From Vicinamibacteria bacterium (GTDB lineage Bacteria > Acidobacteriota > Vicinamibacteria > Fen-336 > JAGNNV01), in assembly GCA_044229175.1 (NCBI GenBank), contig JBGATM010000001.1:24282-88281 (forward strand): 64,000 nt of DNA, given 5' to 3'. Position numbers and translations under genes: made by a program. A model generated the notes under the pieces. It was not told the DNA's origin. It made no database searches and saw only the letters and a program-made list of their open reading frames with translations. Below, piece after piece: positions 28,056 through 37,963 of this stretch. Each line of letters starts with the position of its first letter. Position 1 is the stretch's first letter.

Positions 28056-30701
28056 TTGCAGTCTCGAAAGCAAGTAGCCAGCGTGTCCTTCACCACCGAC
28101 GTTCTGCTCAAAGACGGCGAGTCCCTGCGCATTCGCGCGGTTCGCCCCGACGACCGGGAGCTCCTGGACCGGGAGTTTCCCCCCGGGCTCCAGGATCATG
28201 ACTTCGACCGCGACTTCGGCCTCGTGGCGACCCAGGGCTCGGGGGAAGAACAGATCGTGGGCTTCGGCCGTTTCCATCGGCTCGAGGCGGCCCCCGACGC
28301 GGTGCCGCGCGCGGAGTTCGCCCTGTCCGTGGCCGATGCCTGGCGGCAGCGTGGTGTGGGGACGGCGCTTCTCGAACAGATGACGAGTGCCGCGTCGCGC
28401 CTCGGGATCGAGCGCTTCGAAGCCGATGTGCTTCCCGGGGCGCCGGTGATGGTGGATCTCCTCGCGCATCTCGGCTTCGACATCGGGAGCGAGACGCGCG
28501 CGGGCGTCATCCGCCCCTGGTTTCCCGTCCGCCTCACCGAGGCGTCCCGAAGGGCCATCGACGCGCGGGCCTCCGCAGCCTCCGCCCGGAGCGTCCGCGC
28601 CCTCTTCGAACCGCGGTCCGTCGCCCTTCTCGGCGCGTCGCGAAAGACCCTCACCATCAGCGGCACCCTGCTCCGGAACCTTCGCGAGAGCTTCAAGGGC
28701 GCCATCTACCCCGTGAACTCCGCGGGAGGGGAGATCCAGGGCCTGCCCGCGTTCACGAGTGTGGCCGCCATCGGAAGACCCATCGACCTCGGCATCATCG
28801 CGGTGCCCGCGGCGGGGGTCCTCCAGGCGGTGCGCGAGTGCGCGGAGGCGGGAGCGAGCGGCGTGGTGGTGATCTCCGCGGGCTTCGGGGAAATGGGACC
28901 CGAGGGCACCGCCGAGCAGGAGCGGCTGCGCGACTTCGTGCGCCGCTCCGGCATGCGCATGGTGGGCCCGAACTGCATGGGCATCCTCAACACGGATCCG
29001 CGGGTCGGGCTGAACGCGACCTTCGCGCCGACCTCGGCCCCCCCGGGGAACGTGGGGATGCTGTCGCAGAGCGGATCGCTCGGCGTCGCCATCCTGGAGC
29101 ACGCGCACGACCTTCACATCGGCATCTCGACCTTCGTCTCGGTGGGAAACAAGGCCGATGTCTCGGGCAACGATCTGCTCGCGTTCTGGAAGGACGATCC
29201 GCGCACCGACGTCATCGCGCTCTACCTCGAGAGCTTCGGGAATCCGCGGCGGTTCGCGCGCCTCGCCCCCGAAGTGGCGAGGCGCAAGCCCATCGTGGCG
29301 GTGAAGGCGGGCCGGTCCGCCGCGGGCACCCGGGCCGCGTCCTCGCACTCCGCGTCGCTCGCGTGCCTCGACGTGGGCGTCGACGCGCTCTTCGAGCAGG
29401 CCGGGGTCATTCGCACCAGCACCCTCGAAGAACTCTTCGACGTGGTGGCCCTCCTCTCCACCCAGCCCTCGCCCGAAGGACCTCGGGTGGGCGTAGTCAC
29501 GAACGCCGGCGGTCCCGGCATCCTCCTCGCCGACGCCTGCGAGGCGCAGGGCCTCGTCCTCCCTGAACTGGACGCTCGGTCCCTGGAACAGCTGAGATCG
29601 TTCCTGCCCGCCGCCGCCGGCTTCAAGAATCCCATCGACATGATCGCGTCCGCGACCCCCGAACAGTACGAGCGAACCATCGAGGTTGTGGGCCGGGATC
29701 CAAACGTCGACGCGGTGATCGTGGTCTTCGTGCCCCCCCTCGTGACCACGGCCGAGGAGATCGCGGTCGCGGTGGCGCGGAGCGCTTCGACCGTGCCCGC
29801 GCACAAGACGGTGCTGACCGTGTTCCTCGCGAGCAAAGGCGCGCCGCCCATGCTTCCCTCCGGCGGCCGGGGTCGTCTTCCCTCCTACACGTTCCCCGAG
29901 AACGCCGCGCGCGCCCTCGGCGCCGCTCTCAAGTATCGACGCTGGCGCGACCGCCCCGCGGGCGAGGTGGTGCGCCTGAGCGATGAACAGCGCGCGGAAG
30001 CCCGCCTCATCGTCGAGAAGTCGCTTGACGCCAGAAGCGAACGCCACTGGCTGGAGACCGAGGACGTACGCGCTCTGCTCGAGGTTGCGGGGATCGCCAT
30101 GGCGGACACCCGGGTCGCGTCCCCCGAGGACGCGGCCGCAGTTGCGCGCGCCATGGGCTTCCCGCTGGTCGCGAAGGCGGTGGCCCCCGGCCTCGTGCAC
30201 AAGACCGACGTGGGGGGGGTCGCCCTCAATCTACGCAGCGAGGCGGAGGTTTCCGCCGCGGTCACCGCCATGCGCGGCCGCCTGACCACTGCGGGCTTCG
30301 CGCTCGAGAAGGTGATCCTGCAGAGGCAGATCGAGGGGGGTCTCGAAGCCCTCGTCGGCGTGGTGGTCGATCCCACGTTTGGTCCCCTCCTGGTCTGCGG
30401 CATCGGCGGCGTCCAGGTCGAACTCCTGCGCGATGTGTCGTTCCATCTGCCCCCGGTGAGCGACCTCGACGCCGGGGAAATGATCGATCGCCTGAGGTTG
30501 CGGCCGCTCTTCGACGGATATCGGGGGAGTCCGCCCACCGATCGGGCCGCGCTGATCACCCTGCTCCAGCGACTCTCGGCCCTGGTCGAGGAGATGCCCG
30601 AACTGCGGGAACTGGACCTGAATCCGGTCAAGGTGATGCGCCCCGGCGAGGGAGCCATCGTCGTCGATGCGAGGATCCTCGTGGGCCGCCCCGGGTCGTG
30701 A
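28056..30701 (+). CDS. GNAT acetyltransferase fused to an ADP-forming acyl-CoA synthetase (CoA-binding, succinyl-CoA-synthetase-like and ATP-grasp domains)
   Basis: The N-terminus carries a GNAT signature (RQRGVGTALLEQM), followed by a CoA-binding domain (ALLGASRK..IYPVN) and a C-terminal ATP-grasp. The start is uncertain: TTG at 28056 or GTG at 28083. Confidence 0.75.
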   Translation: MQSRKQVASVSFTTDVLLKDGESLRIRAVRPDDRELLDREFPPGLQDHDFDRDFGLVATQGSGEEQIVGFGRFHRLEAAPDAVPRAEFALSVADAWRQRGVGTALLEQMTSAASRLGIERFEADVLPGAPVMVDLLAHLGFDIGSETRAGVIRPWFPVRLTEASRRAIDARASAASARSVRALFEPRSVALLGASRKTLTISGTLLRNLRESFKGAIYPVNSAGGEIQGLPAFTSVAAIGRPIDLGIIAVPAAGVLQAVRECAEAGASGVVVISAGFGEMGPEGTAEQERLRDFVRRSGMRMVGPNCMGILNTDPRVGLNATFAPTSAPPGNVGMLSQSGSLGVAILEHAHDLHIGISTFVSVGNKADVSGNDLLAFWKDDPRTDVIALYLESFGNPRRFARLAPEVARRKPIVAVKAGRSAAGTRAASSHSASLACLDVGVDALFEQAGVIRTSTLEELFDVVALLSTQPSPEGPRVGVVTNAGGPGILLADACEAQGLVLPELDARSLEQLRSFLPAAAGFKNPIDMIASATPEQYERTIEVVGRDPNVDAVIVVFVPPLVTTAEEIAVAVARSASTVPAHKTVLTVFLASKGAPPMLPSGGRGRLPSYTFPENAARALGAALKYRRWRDRPAGEVVRLSDEQRAEARLIVEKSLDARSERHWLETEDVRALLEVAGIAMADTRVASPEDAAAVARAMGFPLVAKAVAPGLVHKTDVGGVALNLRSEAEVSAAVTAMRGRLTTAGFALEKVILQRQIEGGLEALVGVVVDPTFGPLLVCGIGGVQVELLRDVSFHLPPVSDLDAGEMIDRLRLRPLFDGYRGSPPTDRAALITLLQRLSALVEEMPELRELDLNPVKVMRPGEGAIVVDARILVGRPGS

Positions 30702-31054
30702 CCGCGCTTCACGCGAGCACGGGAATTCTCACCGTCCTCGCTTTCTGGGCGTTGTGGTACTTCCTGGATCCGCCGTTACGTCCGGAGGGTGTGTCGTGGC
30801 CCCGTCTGCTCCTGTGGATCTTCACGCCTCTCGGCATGTACCTCTTCCTCTCTCGCCACCGCGAACCGCCTTCCACCATGGGGTCTCCAGTCGGAAACGA
30901 GGGTGTGGTCGCGGAGGCCGCGCCGCTCGAAGTGGAGGTCTTCGGATCTTTCTGGCACGCCCGATCGGTTCGCCCGGAGGAACTTCGAAAAGGCGATCGC
31001 GTCCGCGTGGTCGACCGCGACGGTCTGACCCTTCTGGTCGAGCGCCTCTCCTGA
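30698..31054 (+). CDS. NfeD-family short membrane protein (OB-fold C-terminus)
   Basis: Two TM helices, then a soluble beta domain (GDRVRVVDRDGLTLLVE). Its start overlaps the upstream stop. Confidence 0.55.
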   Translation: MTALHASTGILTVLAFWALWYFLDPPLRPEGVSWPRLLLWIFTPLGMYLFLSRHREPPSTMGSPVGNEGVVAEAAPLEVEVFGSFWHARSVRPEELRKGDRVRVVDRDGLTLLVERLS

Positions 31055-31076
31055 CCGCTTACAATCGCTTTTCAGC

Positions 31077-31871
31077 ATGACGCGCTCCCAGGTTCTCGAG
31101 GTCGTTGGAAGCGACCGCGACGAGCGAGCCCTCGTCGACGCCATCGACTTCGACCGCCTTCCGCGGCACGTGGCCATCATCATGGATGGCAACGGACGCT
31201 GGGCCAAGAGCCGTTTCCTCCCCCGCCTCGAAGGTCATCGGGCGGGGGTCGAGTCGGTCCGCTCCACCGTCGAGACCGCGGCGCGCCTCGGGCTCGAAGC
31301 CCTCACCGTCTATGCCTTCTCGACCGAGAACTGGAAACGGCCCAACGACGAGGTGTCCGGCCTCATGGGTCTCCTCAAGCTCTACATCCGCCGGGAACTG
31401 CGGACGCTCCAGGAGAACAACATCAGGTTTGGCGTGGTGGGTGGTCTCGACGGCCTCCCGAAAGATGTCCAGGACGAACTCCGGCGCGGCATCACGGAGA
31501 CCGCGCACCTGACCGGCCTTCAGTTCTCCCTGGCCCTCAACTACTCGGGCCGTTCCGAGCTCACCGACGTGGTGCGCCGCATCGCCCTCGAGGCAAAGGT
31601 CGGCACCCTCGATCCGGCCACGATCGATGAAGCCACCATCGAGAAGCACCTGTTCACCGCCCACCTGCCCGAACCGGATCTCCTGATCCGCACCAGCGGC
31701 GAGCTGCGCGTGTCCAATTTCCTCCTCTGGCAGATCGCGTACGCGGAGATCTGGGTCACCGACGTGCTGTGGCCCGACTTCCGGCGCCGGCACCTGCTCC
31801 AGGCCATCGCCGATTTCCAGAAGAGAGAACGCCGCTACGGCGGCATCACCGCGGCCACCTCGCGGGCATGA
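31077..31871 (+). CDS. uppS: Isoprenyl transferase / undecaprenyl-diphosphate synthase
   Basis: HVAIIMDGNGRWA and ALTVYAFSTENWKRP motifs. Confidence 0.9.
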   Translation: MTRSQVLEVVGSDRDERALVDAIDFDRLPRHVAIIMDGNGRWAKSRFLPRLEGHRAGVESVRSTVETAARLGLEALTVYAFSTENWKRPNDEVSGLMGLLKLYIRRELRTLQENNIRFGVVGGLDGLPKDVQDELRRGITETAHLTGLQFSLALNYSGRSELTDVVRRIALEAKVGTLDPATIDEATIEKHLFTAHLPEPDLLIRTSGELRVSNFLLWQIAYAEIWVTDVLWPDFRRRHLLQAIADFQKRERRYGGITAATSRA

Positions 31872-32704
31872 GCCTGTTCTCCTCGAACCTCTTCCGGAGG
31901 GTCGCGACCGCGGTGGTGGTTCTTCCCGTGGTGGTGGCCATGATCGCCCTCTTCCCCCAGCGCGGCCCGTGGATCCTGGCCGCGATCCTCTGCGTTCTCG
32001 GAGTGAGCGAAGCCCACACCCTGCTCGCCCGCGGAGGCCTCCACGCCTCGCACATCTCGTTTCTCCCCGGCATCGCCCTCTTCTTCGAGATGGCGGGAAC
32101 TCCCGACGCGGCCCACGCCTTTCCCATCACCGGGCTCCCCATCGTGGCCGCGGTGGCCGCGGCGTTCGTCGCGGTATCGCGCGCGGACCGTTTCGGCATT
32201 CCCGTTCTCGCCGCGGAGGGCGCGGGTGCGTTGTGCGGGCTCCTGATCGGACTCGGCGCCGGCTCCTTCGCGGCCCTTTCGAGCCTGCCCCCGATCGAGG
32301 AAGGCACGTCGCGCATCGCCCTGCTGCTCGCCGTGGTCATCTCCTCCGACGTGTTCGCGTATTTCACCGGCCACGCCTTCGGCCGCCACAAGCTCGCGCC
32401 CCAGGTTTCGCCGGGCAAGACCGTGGAGGGGGCGATCGGGGGGCTCGTGGGGGCGGCGCTCGCGAGCGCGCTCGTGGCCACCCTGCTCTTCCCGGATCAG
32501 TCGCCGGGGCTCGTGGTCATGATCGGGGTGCTGGTGGCGATCGCCGGCATCGTGGGCGACCTGCTGGAGAGTCTGTTCAAGCGCTTCGTCGGGGCCAAAG
32601 ACTCGGGAACCCTCTTCCCGGGGCATGGCGGGGCCCTCGATCGCATGGACGCATTCATCCTCGCCGCTCCTCTCCTCTACGCGTTCTTCCGGACCGTTTC
32701 CTGA
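31868..32704 (+). CDS. cdsA: Phosphatidate cytidylyltransferase
   Basis: Start at MSLFSSNLF overlaps the uppS stop (ATGA). A polytopic membrane protein with the CdsA C-terminal signature (SLFKRFVGAKDSGTLFPGHGGALDRMD). Confidence 0.85.
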   Translation: MSLFSSNLFRRVATAVVVLPVVVAMIALFPQRGPWILAAILCVLGVSEAHTLLARGGLHASHISFLPGIALFFEMAGTPDAAHAFPITGLPIVAAVAAAFVAVSRADRFGIPVLAAEGAGALCGLLIGLGAGSFAALSSLPPIEEGTSRIALLLAVVISSDVFAYFTGHAFGRHKLAPQVSPGKTVEGAIGGLVGAALASALVATLLFPDQSPGLVVMIGVLVAIAGIVGDLLESLFKRFVGAKDSGTLFPGHGGALDRMDAFILAAPLLYAFFRTVS

Positions 32705-32777
32705 GCCGTTCCAACCGGGGTGAGCGCGTAAGATCGAAGGCCCCTCGTTTGTGAGGGAGTTCTTTAAGAGGTATGGA

Positions 32778-33917
32778 ATGGACTTCGAACTGAGCGCGGA
32801 TCAGCGGCTCCTCAAGAAAACCGTCCGCGATTTCGCCGAACGCGAGTTGAAGCCGAATTCCCGGGCGTGGGACGAGGCTCAGCAGTTCCCTCGCGAAATT
32901 TTCAGGAAACTGGGCGAGCTGGGACTGCTCGCCGTGGTGTTCCCCGAGGAATACGGCGGCTCGGGCATGTCGACGGTGGACTACACCATCGTCATCGAGG
33001 AACTCGCTCGGGTCGACGCGGGTGTGGCCTTGTCGACCGCGGCCCACAACTCTCTCTCCTCCGGCCACATCTTTCTGGCCGGCAGCGAGGAACAGAAGAA
33101 GAAGTACCTTCCCAAGCTCGCCACCGGCGAATTCGTGGGAGCCTGGGGCCTCACCGAGAACAGCGCCGGCTCGGACGCCAGCGGCACCAAGACCGTCGCG
33201 GTCAAGGACGGAGACTCCTGGATCCTGAACGGGTCGAAGACCTTCATCACCAACGCGAGCTTCGCCGAGGTCGCGGTCATCATGGCCGTCACCGACAAGA
33301 CCAAGGGGAACAAGGGCATCTCCGCCTTCCTGGTGGACCGCGGGACCAAAGGCTTCCGGCCGGGCAAGAAGGAAGACAAGCTGGGGGTGCGCTCGTCCGA
33401 CACTTCCGAGCTGATTCTCGAGGATTGCCGCATCCCCTCCGGCAACCTGCTTGGCGAACTCAACAAGGGCTTCATCGACACCCTGAAGATCCTCGATCGC
33501 GGGCGCATCGGCATCGCGGCGTTCTCGATCGGCATCGCCCAGGGCGCTTTCGAAGCGGCGCTTTCCTACGCGAAGGGCCGCAAGCAGTTCAATCAGGCCA
33601 TCGCCGAATTCCAGGGTATCCAGTTCAAGCTTTCCGAGATGGCCATGAAGATCGACGCGGCCCGGCTGCTCATGTTGCGCGCGGCGGCGCTGCGCGACCA
33701 GGGCAAGGAGCACAAGACGGAATCGGCCATGGCGAAACTCTTTGCGAGCGAGATGTCGGTGGAAGTGGCGCTCGAGGCCATCCAGATCCACGGCGGCTAC
33801 GGCTTCGTGAAGGACTATCCGGTGGAGCGCGCGTTGCGCGACTCCAAGCTCGGCACCATCGGCGAAGGCACGAGCGAAATCCAGAAACTCGTGATCGCGC
33901 GGTCCCTTCTCGCTTAA
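32778..33917 (+). CDS. Acyl-CoA dehydrogenase
   Basis: Start at MDFELSADQ after AGAGG. The ACAD fold carries a catalytic Glu region (IGEGTSEIQ) and FAD-binding motifs. Confidence 0.9.
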   Translation: MDFELSADQRLLKKTVRDFAERELKPNSRAWDEAQQFPREIFRKLGELGLLAVVFPEEYGGSGMSTVDYTIVIEELARVDAGVALSTAAHNSLSSGHIFLAGSEEQKKKYLPKLATGEFVGAWGLTENSAGSDASGTKTVAVKDGDSWILNGSKTFITNASFAEVAVIMAVTDKTKGNKGISAFLVDRGTKGFRPGKKEDKLGVRSSDTSELILEDCRIPSGNLLGELNKGFIDTLKILDRGRIGIAAFSIGIAQGAFEAALSYAKGRKQFNQAIAEFQGIQFKLSEMAMKIDAARLLMLRAAALRDQGKEHKTESAMAKLFASEMSVEVALEAIQIHGGYGFVKDYPVERALRDSKLGTIGEGTSEIQKLVIARSLLA

Positions 33918-33948
33918 CGTCGGCCCGGGACGCACCCTTTCTAGTCGC

Positions 33949-34908
33949 ATGAACCTGCCCGAAGACAAGGACATCCTGCGCGGCGACATCCGCGCGGTGG
34001 CGCGGGCGATCCGCGCGGTGGAGGACGACTGGCCCGGTTCCCGCGCTCTTCTGACCCGCCTCTTCCCGCACGCCGGCCGCGCCCTGACCCTCGGGATCAC
34101 CGGGCCTCCCGGAGCGGGGAAGTCGACGCTGGTCGACCGCCTGACCACGCATTTCCGCAAGGCGGGGAAGACGGTGGGCGTGGTGGCCGTCGATCCCACG
34201 TCTCCGTTTTCCGGCGGCGCCATCCTGGGCGACCGGATCCGCATGCAGAACCACGCGACCGACGATGGCGTCTTCATCCGGTCGATGGCGACCCGCGGCG
34301 CGCTCGGAGGTCTCTCCGCCACCACCATGGCCGCTCTCCTCGTGCTCGACGCCTCGTCGAAGGACGTCCTGATCGTCGAGACCGTGGGCGTCGGGCAGGA
34401 TGAAGTCGATATCGCCTCGGAAGCCGACCTCGCGATCGTGGTCCTCGTCCCCGGCCTCGGCGACGAGGTTCAAGCGCTCAAGGCCGGCATCATGGAGATC
34501 GCGGACCTGTTCGTGGTGAACAAGGCCGATCGTGACGGCGCGGATCGCCTGGCCTCCGAGATCGAGATGATGCTCTCTCTCACCGGCGACACGAAAGGCG
34601 ACCGGCCGCCCGTAGTGCGCACCGTGGCCTCGACGAGCCAGGGCATCGAGGAACTCGCGAAGACCATCGAAGAGGTCCGCGCCCGTCGTGAACAAAGCGG
34701 CGAGCTCGCGGCCCGTCGCCGCGAGAGGCTGCTGCGACAGTTCGAGGCTCAGGTGGAAGGACTGCTGCGCGAAAAAGTGCGCCGCCGCATCGACGCCCTC
34801 GATTCCAGCCTGCGCCTGCGCGAACGGGTCCAGAATCGGCTGATCGATCCCTATTCGGCGGCGGATGAGACCCTGGCCGGCATCGAAATGACCCCGGAGA
34901 CTCCATGA
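33949..34908 (+). CDS. meaB: Methylmalonyl-CoA mutase-associated GTPase MeaB/ArgK
   Basis: P-loop GITGPPGAGKSTL, switch region VETVGVGQ and NKAD motif. Confidence 0.85.
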   Translation: MNLPEDKDILRGDIRAVARAIRAVEDDWPGSRALLTRLFPHAGRALTLGITGPPGAGKSTLVDRLTTHFRKAGKTVGVVAVDPTSPFSGGAILGDRIRMQNHATDDGVFIRSMATRGALGGLSATTMAALLVLDASSKDVLIVETVGVGQDEVDIASEADLAIVVLVPGLGDEVQALKAGIMEIADLFVVNKADRDGADRLASEIEMMLSLTGDTKGDRPPVVRTVASTSQGIEELAKTIEEVRARREQSGELAARRRERLLRQFEAQVEGLLREKVRRRIDALDSSLRLRERVQNRLIDPYSAADETLAGIEMTPETP

Positions 34909-35297
34909 TTCTGAAGATCGACCATCTTGGCATCGCGGTGAAGGACATGGCCGAGGCCCGGCGCGCCTACGAGGCCCTCGGCTTCAGGATCGAAGCCGAG
35001 CATGACGTGCCCACCGAGAAGGTGAAGGCCGCCTTCATCACCGTGGGCGAATCCCACCTCGAGCTTCTCGAGCCGACCGACCCGTCATCGGTGATCGCGA
35101 AGTTTCTCGAGAAGCGTTCCGGTCTGCACCACATCTGCGTGCTGGTCGACGACATCGAGAAGTCCATGGCCGAGATGAAGGCGGCGGGCGCGCAGCTTCT
35201 CGATGAAAAACCGCGGATCGGCGCGGGCGGCTGCCGCGTCGCCTTCATCCACCCGAAGTCCGCGGCCGGCGTCCTTCTCGAACTCAAGCAGGCCTGA
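34905..35297 (+). CDS. Methylmalonyl-CoA epimerase (VOC/glyoxalase family)
   Basis: A 130-aa VOC protein starting MILKIDHLGIAVKD. Its start overlaps the meaB stop. Confidence 0.7.
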   Translation: MILKIDHLGIAVKDMAEARRAYEALGFRIEAEHDVPTEKVKAAFITVGESHLELLEPTDPSSVIAKFLEKRSGLHHICVLVDDIEKSMAEMKAAGAQLLDEKPRIGAGGCRVAFIHPKSAAGVLLELKQA

Positions 35298-35298
35298 A

Positions 35299-36171
35299 AT
35301 GGAAATGAATCACACCGCGGACATCGGCATCATCGGAGGCAGCGGCCTCTACGACATCGAGGGGTTCGAAGCCCAGGGCGAGGCCTTCATCGAGACCCCC
35401 TTCGGAAAACCGTCGGACGCCATCATGGTGGGGACGTTCGGTTCACAAAGTGTCGCCTTCCTGCCCCGCCACGGTCGCGGCCATCGCATCTCGCCTTCCG
35501 AGATCAATTTCCGCGCCAATATCTGGGCCATGAAGTCCCTCGGAGTCCGGTGGATTCTCTCCGTCTCCGCGGTGGGGTCGCTCAAGGAGCAGTACGTCCC
35601 CACCCACATGGTGACGCCCGATCAGTTCATCGACCGGACGTTCGGCCGGAAGGGCACGTTCTTCGAGGGCGGGATCGTGGGCCACGTGGGCTTCGCCCAT
35701 CCGGTCTGCAGACACGTTCACCGGATCCTGGGCGAGGCCTGCCGGCGCGCGGGCGCCACCGTCCACGAGGGCGGCACCTACGTCTGCATGGAAGGGCCGC
35801 AGTTTTCGACCCTCGCCGAGTCGAATCTGTACCGCTCCTGGGGCGCCGATCTCATCGGCATGACCAACCTCCAGGAAGCGAAGCTCGCCAGAGAGGCCGA
35901 GATCTGCTACGCGACCCTGGCCATGGTCACCGACTACGACTGCTGGCATCCCGACCACGACGCGGTCACCGTCGACCAGGTGGTGGCGGTGGTCCGGAAG
36001 AACGCCTCCATGGCAAAGGCCATCCTCAAGGCCGCGGTTGAGCAGTTCCCGGCCCCCCGCGACTGCGAGTGCGAGAGCGCGCTCAAGTTCGCGATCATGA
36101 CCGCGCCCCACCTCATTCCCGAGAAGGTCAAAAAGGACCTGGCTCCCATAATCGGGCGCTACTTGAAATAG
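35299..36171 (+). CDS. mtnP: S-methyl-5'-thioadenosine phosphorylase
   Basis: Start at MEMNHTADIGIIGGSGLY (aa 33 of the ORF). The PNP/MTAP family motif GMT..EAKLAREAEICYA is present. Confidence 0.85.
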   Translation: MEMNHTADIGIIGGSGLYDIEGFEAQGEAFIETPFGKPSDAIMVGTFGSQSVAFLPRHGRGHRISPSEINFRANIWAMKSLGVRWILSVSAVGSLKEQYVPTHMVTPDQFIDRTFGRKGTFFEGGIVGHVGFAHPVCRHVHRILGEACRRAGATVHEGGTYVCMEGPQFSTLAESNLYRSWGADLIGMTNLQEAKLAREAEICYATLAMVTDYDCWHPDHDAVTVDQVVAVVRKNASMAKAILKAAVEQFPAPRDCECESALKFAIMTAPHLIPEKVKKDLAPIIGRYLK

Positions 36172-36258
36172 GCTTCCAGGCCGCGGACGCCTCGATTCTT
36201 CTCGCCACCTCTCTCCACATCCGCCGTTCCCTCACCCAGGAAAAGCACCCAACAAGCC

Positions 36259-37182
36259 ATGTCTGTTCTCGTAGTTGGAAGCGTCGCGTACGACACGCTT
36301 GAAACCCCCGCCGGCCGCGCCGAAAAGGTCCTTGGAGGCTCGGCGTCCTATTTCGCCCTGGCCGCTTCGTATTTCACGGACGTCAACATGGTGGGAGTCG
36401 TGGGCGACGACTTCGGTCCGGAGCAGATGAGTGCTTTCGAGGGCCGGCGGATCGATCTGCAGGGGCTCGAGCACGCGCCCGGGAAAACCTTCCACTGGCA
36501 GGGAAAGTACTCCACCGATCTCAATTCGCGCGAGACCATCTGCACCGATCTGAACGTCTTCGAGCACTTCAAGCCGAAGCTTCCCGAGAGCTATCGCAAG
36601 TCCGATCGCCTCTTCCTCGGCAACATCGAGCCCACCCTGCAGCGTGACGTCCTCGAACAGGTCGATGACCCGCAGCTCGTGGGCTGCGACACCATGAACC
36701 TGTGGATCAACCACCGCCTGGAGGAGCTCAAGAAGACCCTGTCGAAGGTCGAAGTCCTCCTGATCAACGATTCGGAGGCGAAGGAACTCGCGGGGGACTG
36801 GAACGTGATCCGGGCCGCCCGGAAGATCCGCGCCATGGGTCCGAAGACCCTCATCATCAAGAAGGGCGAGCACGGGGCCCTGCTCTTCCAGGAAGACTCG
36901 TGTTTCCTCGCCTCCGCGTTTCCGCTCGAGCACGTGAAGGACCCGACCGGCGCCGGCGACTCTTTCGCGGGCGGCCTCATGGGCTACCTCGACCAGTCGG
37001 ACTCGCACGACGAATCGACCTTCCGCCAGGCCGTCATCATGGGCTCGACCGTGGCGTCGTTCTGCTGCGAGGACTTCGGGGTCGAGCGTCTGCTCACCCT
37101 GACCCAGGACGAGATCCACGACCGGTTCCACGAATTCGCGTCGATGGTCCACTTCGACCGGCTGCCCGTGAGCAACCTTTGA
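36259..37182 (+). CDS. PfkB-family carbohydrate/nucleoside kinase
   Basis: Ribokinase-like fold with the C-terminal DPTGAGDSFAGG signature. Confidence 0.8.
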   Translation: MSVLVVGSVAYDTLETPAGRAEKVLGGSASYFALAASYFTDVNMVGVVGDDFGPEQMSAFEGRRIDLQGLEHAPGKTFHWQGKYSTDLNSRETICTDLNVFEHFKPKLPESYRKSDRLFLGNIEPTLQRDVLEQVDDPQLVGCDTMNLWINHRLEELKKTLSKVEVLLINDSEAKELAGDWNVIRAARKIRAMGPKTLIIKKGEHGALLFQEDSCFLASAFPLEHVKDPTGAGDSFAGGLMGYLDQSDSHDESTFRQAVIMGSTVASFCCEDFGVERLLTLTQDEIHDRFHEFASMVHFDRLPVSNL

Positions 37183-37183
37183 G

Positions 37184-37963
37184 ATGAGCGGGGGCTCGAT
37201 CCGTCGCGACGCGGTTCTCCTGATCGGCTCGATCGCCCTCTCCTACCCGATCGGGCTCGCCCTCGATCCCTGGTTTCTCCTTCCCGCGCTCAACGCTCTG
37301 CCCGCGTGGTGGATCATGACCCGCCGCCTGCGCGCCGGCGATCTTCGCGGCGCGGTGCTGCTGATGCTGGTGTTTCCCCTCGCCCTCGCTGTCTTCGGCA
37401 CGACCAGCCTCGCCCTGTGGCCCACCACCGACGGTTTCCCGCCCCGGGTGTTCAACGGCCCGGAGTACCGCGCGGAGATGTTCCACTGGATCCGCTTCGG
37501 CGGCGGGACGGAAGGGAACTGGCGCCTCTTCCTGCCCCTGCACGTCACCCACCTGGTGGTGTTCGTGCTCGTGAGCCTGCTTTCCGGGAGCCTGGTCTCG
37601 ATCACCGGCGGCGCCGTCCTCGTGAACTACATGAACGCGTACGTGGCCTCGATTCACCGCGCGGGAGCGCCCCTGTGGGCCACGGTTTTCTTCGGCTGGC
37701 AGCCGTATGCGATCTGCCGGGTGGCGGCCTTCTGCATCCTGGGCGTCGTTCTCGCCGGCCCCGTGCTCTCCCGCGTCTTCCGCTATCCGCCTCAGCCGTG
37801 CAAGCACCTGCGCCCCTGGGTGCTCACCGCCTCCTTCCTGATCCTGGCCGACTGGACGACCAAGGCTGCGATCGCGCCTACCTGGGGACGTATCCTGAAC
37901 TCAGCCATTCCCGTGAATCTGCCTCCGGCCCAGCCCGAGAGCCCGCACGCCGGGCATCACTGA
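37184..37963 (+). CDS. Hypothetical polytopic membrane protein
   Basis: Several hydrophobic helices and no family I recognise. Its 3' end overlaps the convergent lpxB by about 7 bp. Confidence 0.45.
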   Translation: MSGGSIRRDAVLLIGSIALSYPIGLALDPWFLLPALNALPAWWIMTRRLRAGDLRGAVLLMLVFPLALAVFGTTSLALWPTTDGFPPRVFNGPEYRAEMFHWIRFGGGTEGNWRLFLPLHVTHLVVFVLVSLLSGSLVSITGGAVLVNYMNAYVASIHRAGAPLWATVFFGWQPYAICRVAAFCILGVVLAGPVLSRVFRYPPQPCKHLRPWVLTASFLILADWTTKAAIAPTWGRILNSAIPVNLPPAQPESPHAGHH

